Source: a virus. From it: a DNA stretch of 64,000 nucleotides. The position numbers and the translations under genes are program-made. This document shows, in pieces, positions 18,568 through 27,384 of this stretch. Below the pieces are notes generated by a model. That model was not told where the DNA came from and made no database searches. It saw only the letters and a program-made list of their open reading frames with translations. Within the stretch, counting starts at the first letter, position 1. Each line of letters starts with the position of its first letter. Where the stretch lies: positions 31,217 through 95,216 of the IMG/VR virus record IMGVR_UViG_3300050011_000542; one strand, given 5' to 3'.

Positions 18568-19574
18568 CGGTCACAAAGATCATCGGGCCAAATGTGGGGG
18601 CGGATTTTGCAACGCCTGCGCTGTGGTTTGCGTCTTTCCCTTCGACATTGATCGATAACGAGGTCGGCAACTTTCAAAATGCCGAGGTGGTGGCCTCGGC
18701 TTCTCAAGCGCTGACCGGCGTGACGGCGGGATCGTTTACCGTGACGATGCAGGCTGGTGCGGGAAATAGCTTCGCCGACAATGCCGGTAAACTGACTAAC
18801 GCCCTGGCCTATAACGCGAGCAACGGTGCGGCGTTGCGGGTGACGGCGTCGAGCAGCAGTCCGGCACTCGACATCCAGTGTAGCAATTTCGCTCTGATCG
18901 GCATTCAAGTCGAGAAGACCGACGCCTACGGTTCCGTCATCAGCTTCGGCAATAGTTCGTTTAGCGGGCGATCGATCAATCAAGTTATCGCTCAGCACAC
19001 CAATAATACGACCGTTACCGGCGATGTCTGCCTTGGAGTGAATGACGCCACCGGGCCGGTCAAGAATGTGCTGTGCCTTTCAGCCCCCAGTTCTGGCGCA
19101 GGGGTCGGCGGGATCAACAACATCAACCAGAACTGCGTTTATCAGGACATCACCATCGTCAATCTCGGGACTGGCGTGGGTCGAATAGGCTTTCAGGCAC
19201 CGTATGGCGCGCCGCTGCTGAATAACGTGGTCGTTGCTGGCTTTGCCACTGACTACAGCGGCACGGCTGGTACTTGCGCCAACAATGCGACCGACAAGGG
19301 TACGTTTGGCGGGACGAACTACGGTACGTCGGGGCAGGTCTCGGTGCCGCTTTCGACGGCGACATGGCAGAATATCACGCCCGCGACCGCCGATCTTCGG
19401 GCCAAGTCGTCGGGTACGAAACTTCCAGCCAACGGCACGAACACCGGCACGCCCTCGACCGATATTGTCGGCACGACCCGCGCCAGCCCGACAACGATAG
19501 GGGCGTGGGAAGCAAGCGCTGGTGGTGGCGGTGGTGCCAAGCCGCATGGCTTGCTGTTGCGAGGGGCGGGCTGA
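18564..19574 (+). CDS. beta-helix protein
   Basis: Asn/Gly-rich beta-helix pattern; C-terminal DIVGTTR..TIGAWE motif. Confidence 0.65.
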   Translation: MTVTKIIGPNVGADFATPALWFASFPSTLIDNEVGNFQNAEVVASASQALTGVTAGSFTVTMQAGAGNSFADNAGKLTNALAYNASNGAALRVTASSSSPALDIQCSNFALIGIQVEKTDAYGSVISFGNSSFSGRSINQVIAQHTNNTTVTGDVCLGVNDATGPVKNVLCLSAPSSGAGVGGINNINQNCVYQDITIVNLGTGVGRIGFQAPYGAPLLNNVVVAGFATDYSGTAGTCANNATDKGTFGGTNYGTSGQVSVPLSTATWQNITPATADLRAKSSGTKLPANGTNTGTPSTDIVGTTRASPTTIGAWEASAGGGGGAKPHGLLLRGAG

Positions 19575-22500
19575 TGCAGCGCATAAGCCGCCGCAGCTTG
19601 CTTGCAGGGAGTACTAGCGGCATAGCCTTGATGCGAGGGTTCGGGGGCGGCTTCATTGGCATCGGTGCCGGCACCAGCAGTAGCTGCGCGATCACGTCGG
19701 TCTTGCTCAACGGCAACTCAAGCACAGGAACGGTTTTATCAGGAAGTTCCGGGGCTACTGTGGGCACACTCACCAGCACCACGACGGGAAGCTGCGGCGC
19801 GGATAGCTGGACAAAAAGCGGCACGGATGCCGCCTCGTTTACAATAACCGGCGCAGTGGTAACGGCAGCTTCGTCGCTCAGTCCGGGCACCTATAGCGTC
19901 AATTTCATTGATACGATTGCTGGGGCAACGGGTTCCGGGGCAACGCACGCATTTACGATTACGGCCGCGGCCTCCACAACCCTAGCCACGCTGACCGTGA
20001 ACAACGTCAGCGGCAGCGCCATGCCGGCCTCGGCGTTCTGGGAGTTCGGCCAGCCCTTCGGCGACGGCGATGTGCCGACTGGCAGCATCGTTACGGCGAC
20101 GCTCAACGGCACGAGCGTACCGCTTCAAGCCATCGCCAGAAGCACCCACGGCAGCGGCGCGGCTTCGTCCGGATCGCTGAAATGGGGCCTGCTCCAGGCC
20201 GATCTATCCGGCGTGGCTATTAGTGCGGGCTCAAGTCAGGCGCTTGTCCTTTCATCGACCGCGGGTTCTTGGAGTTCAACGACCGGACGCACCAATGCCG
20301 ATTGGACGGGTCTGGTGGATACGGTCGAGTTGACGAACCTGACGACGACCGGAACATCATCAAGCACGATGAACAAGGCCGGGACGTGGATCGCCGCGTT
20401 CGATAATGGCGCGAGCAATACTCTCGAAACCGTTGGCACCAGCCCGCTCGGTCTGCGGGTCAAGGTCTACGCCAATTTTGTCAACACCGGCACGACCCAC
20501 CGCTATCTGCGCGCGTATATGGAATATTGGGTGACGCAGCTTGCCGGCGGCGGTCTGGGGCCAATAGCTTCGTTCGGGCCGATGATCGACAACACCCGGA
20601 TGCTCGTCACCAGCGGCACCGATACGCCGAGCCAGTTCACCTACGATATCAATTGGAAGCGCAACGGCGCGTCGCAGCGCTCGATCACCGGCATCCCAGG
20701 CATTGCAGGGACGCTCCTGCCGTTCTGCCGGGGGGATGGACAGTACGATTGGACGGCAAGCGAGCCGGTCGTTGTCGTCACGCGTGACATCACGGAGCTG
20801 CGCAAGACCAAGAAGGTTCCGCCCTTCATCTCAGGGCTGACGACCTATTCGTTCTCGACCGAAGGGCAGATCAGCTCTCTCGGCGCGACCATGACGATGA
20901 TAAATACGGGAGTCGCCAATCCGCTGTGGGGCAGCCAGAACACGACAAACCCCGTAGCCGTGAGCTTCCGAACGACGGGCGCGTTTCCGACCGGGATAGT
21001 CTCTGGCACGACCTACTGGGCAGCGTTCCTCAGTTCGACGACGTTCTCCTTTTACGACACCCTGGCTCATGCGGTCTCGGCCGGTGCAACGGGCAAGGTG
21101 ACGCCATCGGGCGGGAGCGGAACGCTCTTTGTGCGCCTCGACACAGCGCCGACCAGCCCAGGCCCGCTGTGCCAAGGTTTGGAGGCGGCGGGCAATCGGC
21201 CGGACATCAGTATTTTCACCGAATGGGCTGTGGCACCCCTTTTCGCGGCCAGCGTCTCGGTTGCCGCCGCTCAAGCTGCCCAGCGTATGGCGCGCGCCAC
21301 GGCGATGGCGATGTCTGGCGTGCCGTATCACTACCTCGACAACACGACGAATAAGATCATCTCGCTCTTGCCGACCGCGCAAACGCCCGCAGGGATGCAG
21401 GGGGCCGCCGATTACAGCGCCGCCTACTGGACGGGGAGCCTCTACAGCAGCGTAATCAATGGCGGCTCGGGGCCAACGGGAAGTCAAAACGGCTGGGATG
21501 CTAACACCACCTACGGGAACAGCAGTCACATCCCCTCGCCGATCTATCTGACGTGGCTGCTTGAGGGCAAAATCTATTTCCGGGATTTGCTATTCAATCT
21601 CGGCAACCGGGCTATCGTTGGCGCGGGCGGAGCCTATGGTCCGCAGATGAATTATGTGGACTCAGCGGTTGGTAGTGGCACTACCTATTATAGAAACTGG
21701 ATATTGGACAGCGGCGAGTCGATCCGCGCCTGCGCATGGTCGATGCGTGATGTCGCCAATGCCGCGATGGCCGCCTCGGATGGGTCAGACGAGCGAACCT
21801 ATTTCGTGCAATCGCTGCGGGATAACCTCGATCTCTACGCGGCGTTCCGCACCTACAAGAGCACCAATTACTCCAACTTGGGGATTTTCTATTACGATAC
21901 GGGCGACTGGCCGGCATCGACGCATAACCTGGCTCCTAGCGTCGTTGAAGGGTTTATGGCGGTCTATTACGTCAACGCGGCGCAGTTCGCGGCGATGCTG
22001 CACACGGACAACGCCAGCGTCGGAACTGATCTGAATACCTGCGCCAATAACTGGGCGACGTGGCTGATAAATTTCTACAATCAGTGGGGCTTTGCTAGCA
22101 CCGGGTACTCGATCAACCCGCGCACAACGGCGATGGGGCAAGCAACAACCGGGGCGGCTTATGCCTCTGGCGTTGCCAATGTCGGACAGGGGCCGGGGTC
22201 GAATATCTTTTTCAGCTACTCGGGTACCACCATTACATGGAGCGGCGTCGATCCGTGGTGGACGCTGGCGGTGGGGGACAAGTTCCAGCCAACCAATTGG
22301 TTCTCCCTCGACACTGCCTCGGGTTCGACGCCGAGCTGCGCTGATCCTCCAGCATCGCTCACAATTGGGACGATCTATACGATCCTCACGGTCAATGTTG
22401 GGGCCAAGACCTTCACTCTAAATAACGGCAGCGGTTCGCCGATATCGTTCGCCACCTCGCCAAGCAATCTCGGTGGCTTCCTGCTCCCGAGCGGGCAGTC

Positions 22501-22711
22501 CTTCGCGTCTACCGGCTATATCAGCGACGCCAATGGTGCGGGTGGCGCTGACGGTTACGGCGCGCATGTAATATCTGGTCTGGGGATGGCGGCTGTCCGG
22601 GGCGTAAGTGGGGCATCTGCCGCCTTCACGAGCGCCAACAACCGCTATGTCCTGGGGACGCCGCTCGCCTATAACACCGAGGCGATGTGGTACATGCAGA
22701 GTTCGGTTTAG
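19574..22711 (+). CDS. Tat-exported 1045-aa protein: cadherin-like + RIFT-barrel (PcRGLX/YetA-like) + helical toroid
   Basis: SRRSLL Tat motif; GTDAASFTI cadherin-like segment; FGQPFGDGDVP..VPLQ..GSLKW; GNRPDI, HIPS-IYL-WLLEG, RACAWSMR. Confidence 0.65.
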   Translation: MQRISRRSLLAGSTSGIALMRGFGGGFIGIGAGTSSSCAITSVLLNGNSSTGTVLSGSSGATVGTLTSTTTGSCGADSWTKSGTDAASFTITGAVVTAASSLSPGTYSVNFIDTIAGATGSGATHAFTITAAASTTLATLTVNNVSGSAMPASAFWEFGQPFGDGDVPTGSIVTATLNGTSVPLQAIARSTHGSGAASSGSLKWGLLQADLSGVAISAGSSQALVLSSTAGSWSSTTGRTNADWTGLVDTVELTNLTTTGTSSSTMNKAGTWIAAFDNGASNTLETVGTSPLGLRVKVYANFVNTGTTHRYLRAYMEYWVTQLAGGGLGPIASFGPMIDNTRMLVTSGTDTPSQFTYDINWKRNGASQRSITGIPGIAGTLLPFCRGDGQYDWTASEPVVVVTRDITELRKTKKVPPFISGLTTYSFSTEGQISSLGATMTMINTGVANPLWGSQNTTNPVAVSFRTTGAFPTGIVSGTTYWAAFLSSTTFSFYDTLAHAVSAGATGKVTPSGGSGTLFVRLDTAPTSPGPLCQGLEAAGNRPDISIFTEWAVAPLFAASVSVAAAQAAQRMARATAMAMSGVPYHYLDNTTNKIISLLPTAQTPAGMQGAADYSAAYWTGSLYSSVINGGSGPTGSQNGWDANTTYGNSSHIPSPIYLTWLLEGKIYFRDLLFNLGNRAIVGAGGAYGPQMNYVDSAVGSGTTYYRNWILDSGESIRACAWSMRDVANAAMAASDGSDERTYFVQSLRDNLDLYAAFRTYKSTNYSNLGIFYYDTGDWPASTHNLAPSVVEGFMAVYYVNAAQFAAMLHTDNASVGTDLNTCANNWATWLINFYNQWGFASTGYSINPRTTAMGQATTGAAYASGVANVGQGPGSNIFFSYSGTTITWSGVDPWWTLAVGDKFQPTNWFSLDTASGSTPSCADPPASLTIGTIYTILTVNVGAKTFTLNNGSGSPISFATSPSNLGGFLLPSGQSFASTGYISDANGAGGADGYGAHVISGLGMAAVRGVSGASAAFTSANNRYVLGTPLAYNTEAMWYMQSSV

Positions 22712-23445
22712 GGTGACGCAACGGCGATAAGTACGTCGCCCCGCTCGCCATTGGAAAGATACCCGATAAGCGATGCGAGCAGCGACATTTTCCACCATCC
22801 CTCAGCGGAGGCCGTACCGGCGGAAGTCATCTTCTCCACGGCAAACCCGGTTTCAGTGAGCGCCTGATTGAGACAAGTGCTGGAGAGCGGAGTGATGTGG
22901 CCGCTTTCGGTATAGTCATTCGCGGCGAACCAGCGATAAACCCCGGATTGACAGAACATTGCCTTGGACAGCGGGCTTTCAATGTTGGGGGTCGAGAGGA
23001 TCAGGAACCCAGTCGGTTTGAGCAATAGGCGGGTTTGGCGCAGAAAGTGCCTCGGGTTTTCCAGATGCTCGATGATCTCGCTGGCGATCACGCAATCGAA
23101 GCTGCGATTAAAACGGTGGTAAAAATCCTCGTTTAGATTGGCCTCAACGAAGTCAACCCCGTCTCGGTATTGCAGTTTGTCAGGGATGAAGTCGCAGGCC
23201 GTAACCTGATATCCGGCATCCGCAAGGCGGCGCGATAGAGCGCCGGCACCGCAAGCGAGATCGAGGACGGCACCCGCCGGCAGTTTGGTTTTGAGGATGT
23301 TCAGCAACTCGGCATGAACGCCGGGAACGCCATGTACCCGCAAGCCTGCGTATTTTTCGAGGCTGTCGCTATCGACCTGATCTTCGACCCGGTATCGACC
23401 CACGATTGTCATGCGCGCGCTCGATAGCAGATTTGCGGTTTTCAC
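22708..23445 (-). CDS. class I SAM-dependent methyltransferase
   Basis: VLDLACGAG, FDCVIASEIIEHLENP, LKPTG-LILSTPN. Start may be the ATG at 23412. Confidence 0.9.
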   Translation of the reverse strand: MKTANLLSSARMTIVGRYRVEDQVDSDSLEKYAGLRVHGVPGVHAELLNILKTKLPAGAVLDLACGAGALSRRLADAGYQVTACDFIPDKLQYRDGVDFVEANLNEDFYHRFNRSFDCVIASEIIEHLENPRHFLRQTRLLLKPTGFLILSTPNIESPLSKAMFCQSGVYRWFAANDYTESGHITPLSSTCLNQALTETGFAVEKMTSAGTASAEGWWKMSLLASLIGYLSNGERGDVLIAVASP

Positions 23446-23603
23446 TCAACCCTGAGTCTCGGCAGGTCTCCGGGACGGCTCAAAGCAACAGATAGACTAC
23501 TGCAATCAATTGCAGCAACACAATCGACTTTTTCTTTACCCATAGCTGACTGGCCCATACACTCCCTTCATACCCTAATTAAACAGGGCCATGGAGGGCT
23601 GTT

Positions 23604-24779
23604 ATGTTGCAATTGGCTGCTAAAGCCAGGCTTCCCCTGATCTTTGCCAGGTCTCAGGAGAGTTCGTCTTACCTCGGGGCCGTGCTGTCCGAGACGATCG
23701 GAGAAGAAGCGCTTAAATTTACCAAAACTCCACTCGAATCCGACCGTGTGTATTACTCCCGCACGGTTAAAGATTTTCCCAGCCGGCGAGCTTTGTTCGA
23801 TTTATTCGAAGCAGCTGGGTCGTCTCTTATCACGGTCGACGCGGACGATAGCTTCCCCGGTGCTGTGGAGGTCGGGGAAGTTGCGACCCCGACAGATCTT
23901 CTGGTTAAGGCGATCGAGGAAGCCCACGGCAAGCCCGATAGCCTGCTTAGGGCCGTGAAGGGCTGCACCGTCATCGAAACCATCAACCTCTTGAAGATGA
24001 CTCAGGTGCGTGAAGGCAAGCTGGACTTCGAGGGCATATCGAAAATGCGCCGAGATCTGGTGCAGCCGACCCAGGGCCTTACGGTGATCGATACCAAGGA
24101 TGCGGTCTATGTCGCACCCAAGCGTATAGCCGAGTGGGAAGACCGTGAGAGGCACTTCTTCGGTAAGGTCGACCACAGGCTGGCCCCGCGCGGTCTGCTG
24201 CTCTACGGGCCTCCAGGCACCGGCAAAACCGCTGCCTCGAAGTGGCTGGCCCAGAAGTGGGGACTGCCCCTGTTCAGATTAGACATCGGTGGCACCAAGA
24301 ACATGTTTGTTGGTAACTCGGAGAAGTTTCTGCGCGAGGCAATCTTCCGGGTCGAGCAAGCTGCGCCCTGCATCGTGCTGCTCGACGAAATCGAGAAGAT
24401 GTTCACCGGCAGCTACCAAGACTCAACCACCATGTCGATGGCCAGCTACCTACTGTGGTGGCTGTCTGAGCATCGAGCCCAGGTGCTTACCGTAATGACC
24501 TGCAACAACAAAGACGTTCTTCGCCCCGAGCTCTACCGAGAAGGCCGCCTGGACGGTCAGATTGAATTCCCGAACCTCGAGTCCATGACGGCCGTGGTGG
24601 AGTTCGCCAAGCTGATCTTTGCCTCCTACGATATGAATACACCGCCTGATATCTTGGCCTGGGCAACTAAACTGAAGTCAGGAGCAACCGAAACCTGGTC
24701 TCATGCCAAGGTTATCGAGACGGTTAAACAGCGAGTCAAAAGCAACATGCTAAATCTCTTGACCCAGGAGGCCAATTAG
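23604..24779 (+). CDS. AAA+ ATPase (Ycf46-like)
   Basis: PRGLLLYGPPGTGKT, IVLLDEIEK, PELYREGRLD. Confidence 0.9.
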   Translation: MLQLAAKARLPLIFARSQESSSYLGAVLSETIGEEALKFTKTPLESDRVYYSRTVKDFPSRRALFDLFEAAGSSLITVDADDSFPGAVEVGEVATPTDLLVKAIEEAHGKPDSLLRAVKGCTVIETINLLKMTQVREGKLDFEGISKMRRDLVQPTQGLTVIDTKDAVYVAPKRIAEWEDRERHFFGKVDHRLAPRGLLLYGPPGTGKTAASKWLAQKWGLPLFRLDIGGTKNMFVGNSEKFLREAIFRVEQAAPCIVLLDEIEKMFTGSYQDSTTMSMASYLLWWLSEHRAQVLTVMTCNNKDVLRPELYREGRLDGQIEFPNLESMTAVVEFAKLIFASYDMNTPPDILAWATKLKSGATETWSHAKVIETVKQRVKSNMLNLLTQEAN

Positions 24780-24827
24780 GCAAAAGTTACTGTATCTTTA
24801 TTTCCCTAATCACGGAGGAACAGGGAC

Positions 24828-25439
24828 ATGTCTGAACGACAGTTTATGAGAGGCACGACAGGTAGTAGTGATTACCTGATGATCGCCAAAAACGGCGATA
24901 TCGGCCTGGGCGTTAAGCCCCTGTTCGAAAGCCATTACCTCACAATCGACGGTAAACACGGCACTGTCGGTGTGTTTGCAGTACGCCTGCGTTCGGCGCC
25001 GCTCGATCATGCCGCAGTACCTAAGCATGTTATCGTCGAGACCTGGCCAGAAATTAAGTTTAAGGCTGTAGATTCACGGAGGGCTTCGGCAATTATTGGT
25101 GGTCCAGTCTGGGGCAAGAAACGGAGCTCGGAGCTATTAGCCGGTTTCGCTCTACAGAATGTAGACGCGGCGTTGACGGCCAAAATTTTAGCGCTGCTGG
25201 GGGACCAGGTTGCCCTCGCCCCGGCCGATGAGATAAAAGCTTTCTTGCTTGAGAGCTTCATCGAGAAACTTGGCCCAGACCGCGCCGGTCCGCTCGATGG
25301 CACACCGTTAGATTTTGCTTCCTACCTCAATAAGACCCATCACTCAGTGTACGATATTGTTGCTCAGTACGATCATGTCGACGACCCGTATGACGAAGAA
25401 TTAATGGACGACGAGGAATTAGCCGACGAAGAAGACTAG
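24828..25439 (+). CDS. hypothetical protein with acidic tail
   Basis: GGAGG RBS; 203-aa ORF followed by a terminator. Confidence 0.7.
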   Translation: MSERQFMRGTTGSSDYLMIAKNGDIGLGVKPLFESHYLTIDGKHGTVGVFAVRLRSAPLDHAAVPKHVIVETWPEIKFKAVDSRRASAIIGGPVWGKKRSSELLAGFALQNVDAALTAKILALLGDQVALAPADEIKAFLLESFIEKLGPDRAGPLDGTPLDFASYLNKTHHSVYDIVAQYDHVDDPYDEELMDDEELADEED

Positions 25440-25453
25440 ACCGCTCGGTTAGC

Positions 25454-25489
25454 ACCCGGCAGGCTCGTTAGGGGCTTGCCGGGTTTTTC
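25454..25489 (+). terminator. intrinsic terminator
   Basis: ACCCGGCAGGCTC / GGGCTTGCCGGGT stem followed by a T-run. Confidence 0.8.
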
Positions 25490-25511
25490 TGTATCGACCA
25501 TGGAGGGTTCG

Positions 25512-25865
25512 GTGTATCTGGGCAAGGGGGAGCTTGTAAGAATCTCGTTCTGTCGGGGCATTACCAGGACGGTAAATGCGGGGCTGTTGCTTTTCGTAAT
25601 TTCAGAAACAATTAGGCATGACAAGAAATTGCATAAGAACTTGGGCTGGAATTCTACACCGAAATGGCTTTGGGAAGCCCTGTCAGGGTTAAGCCTGTCT
25701 CAGTTTAATCGAGCTTTCAAAGAACTCAGGGATGAGCTATGTCTCATTGAGACGGATACCAAATTAATTGGTAGTGTTAGGGCGCATTACACTCGCATTA
25801 CCGAAATAGGATGGCGACAACTTGAAATTAGACCTGACGTAGTTACTGCCCGCTTCCCGAAATAA
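25512..25865 (+). CDS. winged-helix protein, paralog of the initiator N-terminus
   Basis: SGLSLSQFNRAFKELRD-LCLIET resembles TGLSLNQYNRSLARLKALGLVET; hairpin RBS precedes GTG 25512. Confidence 0.65.
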   Translation: MYLGKGELVRISFCRGITRTVNAGLLLFVISETIRHDKKLHKNLGWNSTPKWLWEALSGLSLSQFNRAFKELRDELCLIETDTKLIGSVRAHYTRITEIGWRQLEIRPDVVTARFPK

Positions 25866-25877
25866 TCTCTTTAGACC

Positions 25878-26828
25878 ATGGAGGGTCTGTTGAGTTCCGT
25901 GTCTATTATTACGAAATGCCGTAATTTAACCAAATCGGGTGACGCGGCAATCCTATACAACAGGGTTCAGTGGTGGTGTCAGTGGTCGCTCATTAAACGC
26001 CGGGGCGTTTTTTGGTATGCGAAAACCAGAAAAGACTGGTTAGCAGATACGGGCTTGAGCCTAAATCAGTACAACCGATCGCTGGCCCGTCTTAAAGCTC
26101 TGGGTCTCGTCGAGACTCGCCAGATGAAATATCACGGCGAGTTTATCACTCATATCCGGATATGTGAAAGTGCGGCAGAATTGCCGATAACTGCCACCGA
26201 GTCTCACATTGGAGACTCCACCGAGTCTCACATTGGAGACTCGCTTATCTATATGGGAGATAAGTCTAAGGAGATAACAGCGCCCAAGAGCGCTGAACCT
26301 CTAGCGGAGGAAATTAAGGAAGACTTTTCCGGAAAAGGGAAAGAGGAAAAAGCTAGACCCGAATTGCAATTGATTGCGGGAGGGCTCACGGAGGAGTCGA
26401 TGAACGCCAAGGATTACATCCTGAAAGCTCAGGCAAAAGATAGACCCGTTCCTAAAAGCTCAGCGGAGGCGCTACGAGAGGCTTGGAGAGCCGGAGTACA
26501 CCAACACCATAAGACATTCGTTCCTGCCCTCACGGGGCAGCAGATGGGGCAATTGAAGCATTTTGAGAATAGGACTCCACCGGGGCGGGCTGTGGAGATC
26601 CTTTCCTGGGCTTTGGAACACTGGGACAGGTTCCGAAATCTCACTGAGGAAGAGGCCGGGGCCTTCAATACGCCCACGGCGCCCATGCTGGGATTTCTGC
26701 TCAAGCACGTCCAGCTGGCGATCAAGGGGGAGGCCGAGGTATCGGCCCCGGAGAATGAATACAAATCCAAGGTCAAGATTGGTGGCCCTAAGCCCAATAT
26801 GGGGCTCAAGAGCGTCGCCAATGGATAA
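25878..26828 (+). CDS. replication initiator (lambda O-like architecture)
   Basis: N-terminal wHTH, internal iterons, upstream of loader and DnaB. True start may be TTG 25890. Confidence 0.7.
   Translation: MEGLLSSVSIITKCRNLTKSGDAAILYNRVQWWCQWSLIKRRGVFWYAKTRKDWLADTGLSLNQYNRSLARLKALGLVETRQMKYHGEFITHIRICESAAELPITATESHIGDSTESHIGDSLIYMGDKSKEITAPKSAEPLAEEIKEDFSGKGKEEKARPELQLIAGGLTEESMNAKDYILKAQAKDRPVPKSSAEALREAWRAGVHQHHKTFVPALTGQQMGQLKHFENRTPPGRAVEILSWALEHWDRFRNLTEEEAGAFNTPTAPMLGFLLKHVQLAIKGEAEVSAPENEYKSKVKIGGPKPNMGLKSVANG
26194..26242. repeat. 2 x 24-bp iteron, each with an internal inverted repeat (putative ori)
   Basis: CCACCGAGTCTCACATTGGAGACT repeated in tandem; GAGTCTC-N6-GAGACTC. Confidence 0.75.
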
Positions 26829-27384
26829 GCTGCTCCCGGGCATCCTGGATGATGCGGTTCATGATCGCTTGTGGCTGGGCCGTGACGAGTTCTGCAATGA
26901 TGCCGGTATCCCGGTCGAGCATCTGCACACCAGCATGGTTGGAGTTTGCTCCGAAGCTGAATTGGCCTATTTCCTGCGCGGTTCGAAGACACTGATAACC
27001 GAAGATCACTGCTGGGGCCTCTACTACACTGGCACTGGCTATAAGCCTCCTGTAGCCCTGCGCATGTCATATCTAGCCGGCGGCTATCTCAGAAACTTTA
27101 TCCGGGCCAGGGTGATTGTGCTTAACGACCTGATGGCCCAGATCGAGGCCAACAACCCGCCTGATATCTCGGTGGTGCTGATCCCCGATTTTTACACTGG
27201 CAAAACCGACAAGAAGGCCATGCCAGCCTGGAAAGTGAGGCAGCTGTATAGCTGGCTGCTCCAGAGATGGCAGAGGTCACAGCACACGATTATCGCGGTT
27301 TCGAACCTCAAGGATTTGTCTTCGGAATGGGGGCCGCACGTTGGCGAGCATATTTCTGAGTTCTTCGCGGAGGTGACGCCGTGA
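26821..27384 (+). CDS. degenerate DnaC/IstB-like helicase loader
   Basis: AGIP, VVLIPD, LYSWLLQR, TIIAVSN motifs; Walker A not intact; lies between initiator and DnaB. Confidence 0.55.
   Translation: MDKLLPGILDDAVHDRLWLGRDEFCNDAGIPVEHLHTSMVGVCSEAELAYFLRGSKTLITEDHCWGLYYTGTGYKPPVALRMSYLAGGYLRNFIRARVIVLNDLMAQIEANNPPDISVVLIPDFYTGKTDKKAMPAWKVRQLYSWLLQRWQRSQHTIIAVSNLKDLSSEWGPHVGEHISEFFAEVTP

Noticed and set aside
19274-19573. N-terminal 100 aa of the 1145-aa ORF call
   Set aside because: It overlaps the upstream gene; the coupled ATG at 19574 with a Tat leader is the more plausible start.
9093-22711. Diversity-generating retroelement or invertible fibre cassette
   Set aside because: No reverse transcriptase, no TR/VR pair differing at adenines, and no serine invertase or flanking inverted sites seen.
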